A stretch of 64,000 nt of DNA, taken from positions 5,000-68,999 of the forward strand of contig CAZGOA010000002.1 of assembly GCA_964527425.1 (NCBI GenBank), given 5' to 3'. The DNA comes from an uncultured Gammaproteobacteria bacterium. GTDB taxonomy: Bacteria; Patescibacteriota; Microgenomatia; UBA10105; UBA927. Below are positions 10,225 through 19,750 of this stretch, piece by piece; position 1 is the first letter of the stretch, and every line of letters starts with the position of its first letter. The notes under the pieces are model-generated. The model was not told where the DNA came from and did no database searches. It was given only the letters and a program-made list of their open reading frames with translations. The position numbers were made by a program, and so were the translations under genes.

Positions 10225-11748
10225 TTATTTTTTTACCCATTTTTGTTTTACACCTGGTCGAAAATACGTTGGATCTTCATAGGGCCAAAAAACTAAATTA
10301 GGAATTAATTGCTTAGAATATTCTTCATATGTTTTTCTATACTCAGAATTTTCATTTAATAAATAATATACTAGTTTTTCGATAATTTTATCTTTCACTG
10401 AATCCTCCATAGACATATCTTTTTTCATTTCTATGTGAATTATGAGTTGTTGATTTGCATTATCATCATACAACACTTGCATAGTAAACTTACCAGTAAT
10501 AAACGACTCAAATAATTCTTCCTGCAGTGCTCTTCTAATTGTTTCAGGATATATTTGAAATGCAAAGAAACTTACAGAAAAATCACTTCTTTCATACACG
10601 TATACAAAAGGTAACTTCCATATTGTGTCCTGTAAATGTCTCTTTCTCATTTCTTCCACGATATCTATTCCCATATCTTGGAGTTTACTAACAATATGAG
10701 AATACTTTCTAACTCCTCCGTTGTCTTTTAAATCATATCGTATGAGTGGTAGTCCACTGTACGCAGAACAATACAAACTACTATCAACATCCTCAAAATA
10801 AAATTGTGAGGGATTATATTGTGTCAATGTAGGTAATTTTAGGATTTGATCAAAAAGAAGAGCATATACAGATTTATTTTCCATTCCCAGTCTTCTTAAT
10901 AATACACATAGGGGTGTTTCATGGGACATTGTTCCCAAATCTACAGTACCATAATGATTCAATGTATCGACATATATATTTTTTAACCCAGTTTTCTTCT
11001 GAACATAGTCTCTAAATGATTCACTAAATGCTTCAGCAGAAAAAACAAAACCCATATTTAACTGCTTCCATTGTAATCCGTAGCGTTCACCCTCATCTAA
11101 GATATCCTTTAAAAAAGGTCCATAACTACCAATAATAATCTGATCAAATGACGATCCTAAATTTTGAACTGCTTTAATAATTTCAAGTTTATTAATTCCA
11201 GGAGTAATGATACTTAAATTATATATTCCCTTTTGTTGAATCATCGACAGTGCTTTATAAGTAAATACTCCTCCTATCCAAGCGCCCATTGGAAATCCCA
11301 CTATATATAACGTTGATCTTTCTTGAATCTTAAAATTTGTACGTAAATATAACTCTGCAGTATATGCATATTGCAAATCCTGCTCTTCTTGTCGAGGAAA
11401 ATAAAACGGATCACCTGTTGATCCTGAAGTTGTTGATATTATCCATTGAGAAGTAGAAAATTTCCCATCCCAACATAACATTTCTCTGGGATACTGACGC
11501 AGATAACTTTGCTTATCAATCGGCGGAACATGCTCAAAATCTTCTATTGTTCGTATTTTTGTGTGATCAATATGCTTTTTTTGAAGGAAATCTTTATATG
11601 CAGGAACTCTAAGAGCCATTAAATGAAATAATTCAAGTACTGAAGTTTCACCCTTACGCAACCAATACTCCTCAGATTCAGTTAGTAATGCTTGTTCTAT
11701 GGTTAGAACATCATCCTGTAAAAAAGGTGATTTGTATTTCATATCCAA
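10225..11748 (-). CDS. Adenylate-forming enzyme of the PaaK/CapK/F390-synthetase or GH3-like type
   Basis: TSGSTGDPFYFP matches the SSGTTGKP AMP-binding loop of phenylacetate-CoA-ligase-like enzymes. The N-terminal ...RVPAYKDFL...IEDFEHVPPIDKQSYLRQYP resembles the PaaK/GH3 N-domain. Length is 507 aa. Confidence 0.6.
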   Translation of the reverse strand: MDMKYKSPFLQDDVLTIEQALLTESEEYWLRKGETSVLELFHLMALRVPAYKDFLQKKHIDHTKIRTIEDFEHVPPIDKQSYLRQYPREMLCWDGKFSTSQWIISTTSGSTGDPFYFPRQEEQDLQYAYTAELYLRTNFKIQERSTLYIVGFPMGAWIGGVFTYKALSMIQQKGIYNLSIITPGINKLEIIKAVQNLGSSFDQIIIGSYGPFLKDILDEGERYGLQWKQLNMGFVFSAEAFSESFRDYVQKKTGLKNIYVDTLNHYGTVDLGTMSHETPLCVLLRRLGMENKSVYALLFDQILKLPTLTQYNPSQFYFEDVDSSLYCSAYSGLPLIRYDLKDNGGVRKYSHIVSKLQDMGIDIVEEMRKRHLQDTIWKLPFVYVYERSDFSVSFFAFQIYPETIRRALQEELFESFITGKFTMQVLYDDNANQQLIIHIEMKKDMSMEDSVKDKIIEKLVYYLLNENSEYRKTYEEYSKQLIPNLVFWPYEDPTYFRPGVKQKWVKK

Positions 11749-12797
11749 CCAAATTGTTTCATTCTATCTTCTGCCATGGTATTTGAGACGAGTAAGGGAG
11801 AGATAGAAAGTTCTTTACTTTTTGTCATGATTAAATCTACATTTTTTGAAATTGCTTGTGGGATATTTTTTATTTTTTCATCTTGAGAATCGACAAGCTC
11901 ATATTCGTTTACGACCGCCATTAAACCACCTGCATTTACAACATAATCTGGAAGATAATATATTCCTTTATTAAATAATGAATCCGCTATGGCATCGGAT
12001 GACAATTGACTATTGGCAGAACCGATTATCATTTTACACTGCAATTGAGGTGCAGTTTCTTCGTTAAGAATATTACTTAGGGCACAGGGAGAAAAAATAT
12101 CTACAGGAACTGAATAAATTTCATGCTGATTCACTACATGTATGTGTGGGAACTGTTGTTGTATTTTTTCAAGCATCGCAATATTGATATCGGTCACATA
12201 AATATCTTTTAGTTCGCTTGCTAGTTTTTCTAACACTCCAAAACCAATTTTTCCAAGTCCCTGTATTGCCATTGTTCTGTCATGTAATCTTTCATCAGAG
12301 AATACATGCTTACAACCAACTCGAATAGCTGCTATGAGCCCATCGATCGTATATGCAATCGGATCTGTCTTTATCCCCATAATATACGACGATTGACCTG
12401 CAAGTTGTTGTAATTCTTCTATAGTCATACCCACGTCGGCACCAGTTATGAATAATCCACGTAGTTCATTGACAATATCTGCATATACTGATATCCAATC
12501 TGAACGAAAAGGATTATTTGAATCTCTTAACATGATTGCTTTTGCTCCTCCGTATTTATATCCAGCCATAACAGATTTATATGTCATAATCCGTGAAAGT
12601 TTTAAAGAATCTTGTACTGCATCTTCGACATTTGGATATTGCCATATTCTGGTTGCTCCAAAGTATGGATGCATTGAATCATTTTTATGGAGCGCTATAT
12701 ACACGGAAAGATTCGTTGGCTTGTGCACATAATGAATTACACCTTTGTGTCCATTCCATTCTTTATATTCTTCTATGGATAAAGTATTTGAACTCAT
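11739..12797 (-). CDS. Leu/Phe/Val-type amino-acid dehydrogenase (Glu/Leu/Phe/Val DH family)
   Basis: Aligns by eye along its full length to Bacillus LeuDH: catalytic-Lys motif GGAKAIM, GADVGMT, Rossmann GLGKIGFG, DIFSPCAL, IGSANSQL, PDYVVNAGG. Overlaps the downstream gene by 10 bp. Confidence 0.85.
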   Translation of the reverse strand: MSSNTLSIEEYKEWNGHKGVIHYVHKPTNLSVYIALHKNDSMHPYFGATRIWQYPNVEDAVQDSLKLSRIMTYKSVMAGYKYGGAKAIMLRDSNNPFRSDWISVYADIVNELRGLFITGADVGMTIEELQQLAGQSSYIMGIKTDPIAYTIDGLIAAIRVGCKHVFSDERLHDRTMAIQGLGKIGFGVLEKLASELKDIYVTDINIAMLEKIQQQFPHIHVVNQHEIYSVPVDIFSPCALSNILNEETAPQLQCKMIIGSANSQLSSDAIADSLFNKGIYYLPDYVVNAGGLMAVVNEYELVDSQDEKIKNIPQAISKNVDLIMTKSKELSISPLLVSNTMAEDRMKQFGWI

Positions 12798-12850
12798 AAT
12801 TCTATATTATGAAATATTTACTTATTTAGATAGTATAAGCAATCGTAAAT

Positions 12851-12859
12851 TGATATAAT
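12851..12859 (+). promoter_or_regulatory. Extended -10 (TGaTATAAT) promoter for RNase P RNA
   Basis: TGATATAAT ends 7 nt upstream of the inferred rnpB 5' end at 12866. No good -35. Confidence 0.4.
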
Positions 12860-12865
12860 ATTAAT

Positions 12866-13236
12866 TCTAGCACTCGGGCTCTTGCCTTGCCTTTGGCAGG
12901 GAGGAAAGTCCAGACAGCAGTATGCAGGGGACTCAGCGCAAGCTGTGTTTCACTCACTATAAGTGGGTGAAAAGGTGCTTTATTCTTGAAAAAGAATAGA
13001 GACGATGACTGAATTAACACTCTGAGAGAGTTACAGAGACGATCCTTTGACTACTTTTAAGCTTAAGCTGCCGCTTGAGTTTGAGAATGTTGAAGGGGTG
13101 AAACGCTAACAATCCCACCTGCTGCAACCGGCGACTGTTCTGCAAAAAACCGACGCATACCGGAGTCAGAACGAAGCATACGGGCATTAGATGAATAAGA
13201 GCAATAAAACAGAATCTGGCTTATGAGGTGCTAGAA
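12866..13236 (+). ncRNA. rnpB: RNase P RNA, bacterial type A
   Basis: P1 stem 5' TCTAGCACTCGG pairs with 3' TGAGGTGCTAGA. Universally conserved GGGAGGAAAGTCCAGAC (P4 5' strand), AAGGGGTGAAACGC, and 3' ACAGAATCTGGCTTATGAGGTG (P4 3' strand). About 371 nt. Confidence 0.85.
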
Positions 13237-13463
13237 TTATTAATTATAATTATTCTACTTAGATATAATTCCAATTTCTCCTGTAAAGGAATATATTTCG
13301 GCAATACAAATTTCGCTATTTACCCAATATTGACTTACTTTTGAGAATGTTTGATAAGTCCACGGGTCTGCAATATGAAACATATTCGTATCATATCCGT
13401 TGATACTTGCAGCGTGTCAATCCGCATTACCTTTAATATCAAGATATTTTATTCAATAGGAAT

Positions 13464-14723
13464 CTAAAGCAATGTTTGAAATACAGATTCTTCTTGTTTT
13501 CCTAAATATGCAAAGCTTATTTTATTTCTGGTCATATAGTTGCTTCTAAAATGATTAAGATCATTAACTGTTATCTGGTGTAGATAAAGGATATATTCAT
13601 CTATCGTTTGTAAATTTGACGAAAGTAAAGCATTATATCCATACCAGTTTATCAACCATGAATAATCTGTAGCATTACGAATAGTATCACTAACTAATTT
13701 ATTTTTATGTAGAATTAGATTTTTTTCGCTTATTGGTGTATTTACTATTTCAAGAATGCGTGGCAATAATTCTTGTAGATTAGATCTAGTAATATTTGTA
13801 CTATATCTTTGATAACCTGTATCAGTGAGTGCTACACAATCTGGGTACATCCAATATATAAGATTGTTATCTATTCTTAATTCTTGAATAAACGAGGATG
13901 ACCATCCCCCTGAAAGGCTCGAACTTATCAGATCTTGAGTAATTTTTTCTTTATTATCCGTTATCTTAGGTCCTAATATTGAAATACTTAACTGAATAGA
14001 TTCACCCAAGTCCATTTTTTCATATACAACTTTTTTGTTTACTTGATTATATTCAAAACTTTCATCAGTTTTATTCTTATTTGGAAGATTTATTGCATTT
14101 ATATAGTCTAGTATCTCGTTAATTTTTAATGAAGAATTAATACATACAAAAGTAATATTTTTATTCGTTACATATTTACTCATAAAAACTTCAATATCTT
14201 TAAGACTAATATTCATAATTGAATCTCTCGTACCATAAAAATCTTTACCTAATTTTTTTTCATGCCAAATTCCTTTGTTAGCTAACCTCCAAATATATGA
14301 AGAAGGATCCATATGATTCTGTAGTTCCTCATTCAAAACTACATCTTTTTCAGAAATAAAAAAATCTTCATGAACTTGTGAATTTACTAGGCCTTCTATT
14401 AGCAATTTTAATGCAAATAGCGAATGCTCATGATTATGTACATAGTAATAATGTTGTGATTGTAACGTTGTGAAAGCATTAAAATACATACCTTTTTCTT
14501 CGATTGATCTAAGCATTTCAATACGATTAGGAAATGATTTCATTTTTGTAAATAATAAATGCTCAATAAAATGAGATATTCCCAAAGTTGATAACGAATC
14601 ATACCTAGAACCTGCATTTATCCATACAGAAGACGAAGAAACTGGATACTGAGGAATAGTAATACAAACTAATTTTATATTATGTTGAGTAAATGACTGT
14701 TGAATAGAGTGATTTAATAGCAT
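13464..14723 (-). CDS. M16 (pitrilysin/insulinase) family zinc peptidase
   Basis: Inverted zinc motif HFIEHLLF (HxxEH). The downstream NAFTT...Y region is typical of M16 N-domains. Confidence 0.7.
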   Translation of the reverse strand: MLLNHSIQQSFTQHNIKLVCITIPQYPVSSSSVWINAGSRYDSLSTLGISHFIEHLLFTKMKSFPNRIEMLRSIEEKGMYFNAFTTLQSQHYYYVHNHEHSLFALKLLIEGLVNSQVHEDFFISEKDVVLNEELQNHMDPSSYIWRLANKGIWHEKKLGKDFYGTRDSIMNISLKDIEVFMSKYVTNKNITFVCINSSLKINEILDYINAINLPNKNKTDESFEYNQVNKKVVYEKMDLGESIQLSISILGPKITDNKEKITQDLISSSLSGGWSSSFIQELRIDNNLIYWMYPDCVALTDTGYQRYSTNITRSNLQELLPRILEIVNTPISEKNLILHKNKLVSDTIRNATDYSWLINWYGYNALLSSNLQTIDEYILYLHQITVNDLNHFRSNYMTRNKISFAYLGKQEESVFQTLL

Positions 14724-14749
14724 TGTTGTAAATATTTGTTTAATATTTT

Positions 14750-15730
14750 TTATTCTTCTGTTTCTTTTCTGTATTCGAGAAGATTAGTTACAACAACTTG
14801 AATAACTAAGATTGCCGGAATGGCTAAAATGGCTCCTACTACACCTGCAAATCTAGCTCCAATCATGAAGGCAACGATGGTAATAATTGGTGAAAACCCA
14901 ACTGCTTTTCTCATAATGAGCGGGACTATTAAATGATTTTCAAACTGTTGAATCACAAAATACATTGCTGCAACCGATACAGCAAGAATAGGATTAACTG
15001 TTAAGGCGATTAAGACTGCTGGAACTGCAGAAACAATAGGCCCTATCATAGGAACTAATTCGAGTAAACCTGCTAATACAGCAAGTGGTAAGGCGTATTC
15101 TATTTTAAGTATTACTAAACCGATATATACCATAACACCAATCACAACCATAAGAATGAATTGACCTCTAGCCCATGCTCCTAATTTCCCTTCAACATCT
15201 TGGAGTGCGCTGTGAATTCTATCTCCTGTTTCTTCATTGGTAAATTGTTTCAATGTTTGTTTTAGTGTGTTTCTTGATAATAATAAATAGAGAGTGAATA
15301 CAAGAATTGTGACAATGTTAATGATATTGTTAAATACTTCTACGCCAACTCTTAATATATTTTGTGTAATTGGAGCAATCTCTTGTGTTATTGCTTGGAT
15401 ATTTATATCTAGAGCAGGGATTACTCGTTCGGCTAAACTGGGAAATTCTTGAATTAAACGATTTGACTGTGATGCGATACTAGGTATTGATGATGCTACA
15501 ATTCCACCCAATCCACCAAAAATTAGTATATACATTAGTAGAACAGCCATCACTCTTGGAATTTTTAAGTTAACTAATCCTTCTACCAAAGGACGCAGTG
15601 CTGTCATTAATATGTAGGAGATAAAAAGTAAATATAAAATGTCACGAATTTGTAGTACTAACCAAATACCTCCAAGAAGTACCAAAATAAAGATAATTGT
15701 TCGATGAGAAATTTCAATAGTTCTGGGCAT
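14750..15730 (-). CDS. AI-2E family transporter (PerM/YdiK-like permease)
   Basis: Polytopic membrane protein with the conserved C-terminal LELVPMIGPIVSAVPAVLIAL signature region of UPF0118/AI-2E. Confidence 0.55.
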   Translation of the reverse strand: MPRTIEISHRTIIFILVLLGGIWLVLQIRDILYLLFISYILMTALRPLVEGLVNLKIPRVMAVLLMYILIFGGLGGIVASSIPSIASQSNRLIQEFPSLAERVIPALDINIQAITQEIAPITQNILRVGVEVFNNIINIVTILVFTLYLLLSRNTLKQTLKQFTNEETGDRIHSALQDVEGKLGAWARGQFILMVVIGVMVYIGLVILKIEYALPLAVLAGLLELVPMIGPIVSAVPAVLIALTVNPILAVSVAAMYFVIQQFENHLIVPLIMRKAVGFSPIITIVAFMIGARFAGVVGAILAIPAILVIQVVVTNLLEYRKETEE

Positions 15731-15738
15731 ACATATCC

Positions 15739-16704
15739 CTAAATACTTTTTAAATTATACCATGATTGGACTTGTTTTCTTGCAATATATTCTGAATCTT
15801 TATCTGACATAGATATCCATACTATTTCTTTGTTCCGCTTAAACCAGGTCATTTGTCGCTTTGCGTACTGTATTTCATGAGTCTGCCATTGTTGAATTGC
15901 CTGATTGTACTGTATTTCTGTAGGACTATGGAGATATACGTTCCATTCTTGATAACCAATTGTTTGTAATGCCTGGATAGAAATAGAATATTTTTTTGAA
16001 ATGTACTTAATTTCTTCTAAAGCTCCTCTTTGCATTCGCTGAACTACTCTTTGTTTTATTCGTTCCTCCTGTATTTCGCTTGGAACAGTAAGACCTAACC
16101 ACAAGGTGTTGTAGTGTCGATTAGGAGATGTTTGAGGTATTTCACTTTTTACTATTTCTATTTTTCGAATTAATCGCCGGGGGTTATTTCTATCAGAGTT
16201 ATTCAATGCTTCCCAGGTTGTTGGAGAAAGAGCTTGAAGCATTTGCTGCAACTCTACAACAAACATATTATCCAGTTGTTTTCGTAATGTATTATTTTTA
16301 GGAACAGTACTCGTTTGTATTCCAGAAACAACTGCATCAAGATATAAACCTGTTCCACCAACGACTATGGGAAGCTTTCCCCGTTTATGAATATCTGCAA
16401 TCACTGCGGTTGCAAGATGTTCATACGCAGATACGCTAAATTCTTGGTCAGGAGATACAACATCATACATCCATAGCGGAATGCTATTTAAGTAAAATAC
16501 TGGAAGTGTAGTGGAATCATTGATTGTTACTATTTCTGGTTTAGGATGTTGTGGTATATCTTTGCCTGTAACGATATCCATTTCTTTATATACCTGACGG
16601 GAATCACAACTCACTATTTCACCATGAAATTCCTTTGCTAAGGTTAACGCCAGATTCGTTTTCCCAGTTGCTGTTGGTCCACAAATAATAAGAAGTTTAT
16701 TCAT
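15739..16704 (-). CDS. miaA: tRNA dimethylallyltransferase
   Basis: LLIICGPTATGKTNLAL...DSRQVYKEMDIVTGK... Confidence 0.9.
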   Translation of the reverse strand: MNKLLIICGPTATGKTNLALTLAKEFHGEIVSCDSRQVYKEMDIVTGKDIPQHPKPEIVTINDSTTLPVFYLNSIPLWMYDVVSPDQEFSVSAYEHLATAVIADIHKRGKLPIVVGGTGLYLDAVVSGIQTSTVPKNNTLRKQLDNMFVVELQQMLQALSPTTWEALNNSDRNNPRRLIRKIEIVKSEIPQTSPNRHYNTLWLGLTVPSEIQEERIKQRVVQRMQRGALEEIKYISKKYSISIQALQTIGYQEWNVYLHSPTEIQYNQAIQQWQTHEIQYAKRQMTWFKRNKEIVWISMSDKDSEYIARKQVQSWYNLKSI

Positions 16705-17963
16705 CTATATGTTCCGGCCTTTAAATTTGCTCTATTAATCATTTCTTCAAGCAGTATCCATCGCTTTTTCTTGATTGGATGGGGTACATCATCGGTGAAT
16801 ACTTTGTGTGCTGTGGTCATAAGTCTGTCTGAATAAATAGATACATACGCTTTGGAAAAGCCTACTTGTTTACATAAATCAACGGTATTATTAAATTGTT
16901 CATCAGTCTCTCCGCAAAAACCCACGATAATATCTGTTGAAATAGTTATATTTTTTACTTGTTTTCTTAATTTGGCAACTAACGCTAGATACTCTTCTTT
17001 CGTATACCAACGATTCATTTTTTTAAGCATTGCACTGTCACCTGATTGTACTGGTAAATGAATGTGACGAGTAATTTTAGGATTCTTTGCTATGGTTTCA
17101 ATCAGATCATCTGAGAAATCCCAAGGATTGCTAGATAGAAAATCTATATGTTCAATTCCTTCAATTTCACATATTGTTTTCAGTAACAATGGGAATACTG
17201 TTGGAATACGCATTCTTCCTAAATGCTTTACAAATGTCGGTTTTACTTTTTGTCCGTTTAATACATATTCTTTTGTCTCTGATTGATCTGGTGATTTAAT
17301 TGGTTCTCTGATAACGGATGCTTCATGCCTTGATTGAGCATTAAAATAGTTTTTTCCTGGTAAATCTCTCATGACTTGTATGTTTTCTGCTCCTACTAAT
17401 AAATCTGCACCATAAGAATTAACATTCTGACCGATTAAGGTTATATGGGTATACCCATTGGATGCAAGTTGTGTAACTTCTGAAACAATGTCATCAAAGG
17501 GACGACTGATTTCTCTACCCCTGGTAAACGGCACCACGCAAAAAGTACAAAAATTATTGCATCCATTAGAAATTGGCACCCATGCATGTTTGGAATCACT
17601 GCGAAGCGGGGCATGATCGAAGCCTACTTCTTCAATTGGCAAGAACTCATCAACTTGAGGCATTTTACGTTTGAGTGCTGATAACATCTTTCCTGATTTT
17701 TCTCTCATTGCCATACCAACCATACATCCTGTCACTACAATTTTGAGATTTCTTCCCTGTATTTTTTCCTGAGTTAAATTGTGAACTAATCCATATACTC
17801 TGTTTTCTGCTTTTTCTCTAATCATGCAGGTATTAATAACAATATCATCGGCTTGTTTCATACTACGTGCAGGCGTATATCCTCGAGCTTTATAAAAAGA
17901 AGCAATTCGTTCACTATCTGCTTCGTTAGCCTGACAACCAAACGTTTTAATGAAGTATTTCAT
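16701..17963 (-). CDS. miaB: tRNA-i6A37 methylthiotransferase (radical SAM)
   Basis: N-terminal FIKTFGCQANEADSE. Radical-SAM CNNFCTFCVVP. A 4-bp overlap with miaA. Confidence 0.9.
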   Translation of the reverse strand: MKYFIKTFGCQANEADSERIASFYKARGYTPARSMKQADDIVINTCMIREKAENRVYGLVHNLTQEKIQGRNLKIVVTGCMVGMAMREKSGKMLSALKRKMPQVDEFLPIEEVGFDHAPLRSDSKHAWVPISNGCNNFCTFCVVPFTRGREISRPFDDIVSEVTQLASNGYTHITLIGQNVNSYGADLLVGAENIQVMRDLPGKNYFNAQSRHEASVIREPIKSPDQSETKEYVLNGQKVKPTFVKHLGRMRIPTVFPLLLKTICEIEGIEHIDFLSSNPWDFSDDLIETIAKNPKITRHIHLPVQSGDSAMLKKMNRWYTKEEYLALVAKLRKQVKNITISTDIIVGFCGETDEQFNNTVDLCKQVGFSKAYVSIYSDRLMTTAHKVFTDDVPHPIKKKRWILLEEMINRANLKAGTYR

Positions 17964-18159
17964 GGATGTTTATTGTACCAAAATAGAGAAGATTTATCCT
18001 GTTGGGACAGAAAAATTTGTTATTAATAAATTTAAATGATACTAGTTCTTTATTATGTTCTCTTCCTTTTGATTGCAAAAAGGACCAAAATTCTATGAAC
18101 AAGCTGAAACATGAATGCTCACACTGTATGATTTTATAATCAATAATACAAGAATAAAC

Positions 18160-18909
18160 TTATATCTTTGCGAGTATAAATTTTTCGATAATTGTTGCTA
18201 CTCCATCTTGTTGGACTGGTAGGCATATAAAATCTGCTACTGCTTTTAATTCTTCTACGGCATTGCCCATCGCAAATTTAACGCCACAAGCCATGAGTAA
18301 AGGGAAATCATTATACCCATCGCCTACGCCGATACACTCCTCTTTCGTTATTTGTAGGTGTTGTTGAAGAAAAGAGATTCCATGCAGTTTTGAGGCTTGC
18401 TGATCAACCATATCAACACAAATTTTTCCTTCCTCCCAGGAAACCATTTTATAACTATTCACGCCTTGAATTTGTAATAATTCTTTGTGTAACGCATCTG
18501 CCTTATCCGGTTCAATTCCTTCATTAAAAATAACCAGTGGATTAATGTCTGTTTGACCAGTCCATTGTGTATGTCCTTTTTCATCTTGAAAATAAAAATG
18601 TGGAGAATATTTTTTAAATATCGGATAAGCTTGTTCTAATACTTGAGAGGTAAGTCTTCGTTCAAACAAGTAAGTATCTGTTTGCGGGTCATATACTTGT
18701 GTACCTCCTGTTAATATGCAAGGTGATTGAATGTCTAATTCCTCAATAATTTTTTTTACTCGATACAGTGGTCTGCCTGTTGCAAGACAAACATGCAAAT
18801 GATCTTTAACTTTTTTTATCATCTCTATCGTTTTTTTTGATGGAACCGCGTCTTTTGCATTCAGTACGGTTGTACCATCAACATCAAGTATTAAGGCTTT
18901 GTATTTCAT
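18160..18909 (-). CDS. Cof-type HAD-IIB phosphatase
   Basis: KALILDVDGTTV (DxD motif). Conserved C-terminal GDGYNDFPLL. Confidence 0.75.
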   Translation of the reverse strand: MKYKALILDVDGTTVLNAKDAVPSKKTIEMIKKVKDHLHVCLATGRPLYRVKKIIEELDIQSPCILTGGTQVYDPQTDTYLFERRLTSQVLEQAYPIFKKYSPHFYFQDEKGHTQWTGQTDINPLVIFNEGIEPDKADALHKELLQIQGVNSYKMVSWEEGKICVDMVDQQASKLHGISFLQQHLQITKEECIGVGDGYNDFPLLMACGVKFAMGNAVEELKAVADFICLPVQQDGVATIIEKFILAKI

Positions 18910-18938
18910 AGTATTTCTATTGATTTATTTAAAAAGTT

Positions 18939-19688
18939 TTATTCGTCTAAAATAAATTTTTCGATAAACACTGCTAATCCATCCTGATTGACGCTTGGAC
19001 AGATAAAGTCTGCAATAGTTTTTAATTCTGGTACAGCATTACCCATTGCTATTTTTAGACCACTGCCTAGTAACAATGGAAAATCATTATACCCATCTCC
19101 TATTCCGATAAGTTCTTCTGGATGTATGTTTTCTCTTTTAAGAATTTCGTATACACCAGACTGCTTGGTTGCACTTGCATGAGAAACTTCTAATGATTCT
19201 ACTCCTTTTACTGTCCCATTGAGACGGTGGCAAATAGCTGTAGGGAATCTTCGATCTACTGCTTCCATGATTGCTTCTATCGTTGAGACAGGGATATCTG
19301 GCATATAAAAGCTTAGGACTTTTTCATTGGGTTCTAAGACTGTTAAAGGGCGTTCTACTTCGCCATTAAATACTTGAACTGTTACACCAAAAGATAAGAG
19401 TAATTCAAACAATGGCCCAACGGATTCTTTATCCATCGCTATTTCTTTCACAATTTCTTTTGTTTTGGGGTCATAAATTTGACCCCCGTTACTGATAACG
19501 CATAAATCTCTTAAAGGAAGTTGATCTAAAATTGGTTTTAGTAAACTTAAGGGTCTTCCTGTTGCTATAGACACAAACATGTTTTCATTTGCTTTTGTTA
19601 GCGCTCTTTTGACTCGAGGTGAAATTTCATGAGAAAAGACAGGAACTGTTGTTCCATCCAGATCGATAAGAAGTGCTTTATATTTCAT
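18939..19688 (-). CDS. Cof-type HAD-IIB phosphatase (tandem paralogue)
   Basis: KALLIDLDGTTVP...GDGYNDFPLLL. Roughly 40% identical by eye to the neighbouring gene; both end in IEKFIL. Confidence 0.75.
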   Translation of the reverse strand: MKYKALLIDLDGTTVPVFSHEISPRVKRALTKANENMFVSIATGRPLSLLKPILDQLPLRDLCVISNGGQIYDPKTKEIVKEIAMDKESVGPLFELLLSFGVTVQVFNGEVERPLTVLEPNEKVLSFYMPDIPVSTIEAIMEAVDRRFPTAICHRLNGTVKGVESLEVSHASATKQSGVYEILKRENIHPEELIGIGDGYNDFPLLLGSGLKIAMGNAVPELKTIADFICPSVNQDGLAVFIEKFILDE

Positions 19689-19750
19689 AAAAAAATCGTC
19701 TTATACCACGTCACTAAAACAGAGTTGACTGGCAAGACGAAAAATACGTG

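Noticed and set aside
12448-12799. Plus-strand ORFs 12448..12732 and 12593..12799.
   Set aside because: They are inside the well-supported Leu-dehydrogenase-like gene on the opposite strand.
12826-13020. 64-aa ORF on the minus strand.
   Set aside because: It falls inside the RNase P RNA gene identified from conserved P1/P4/P10-12 sequence, so it is an artefact.
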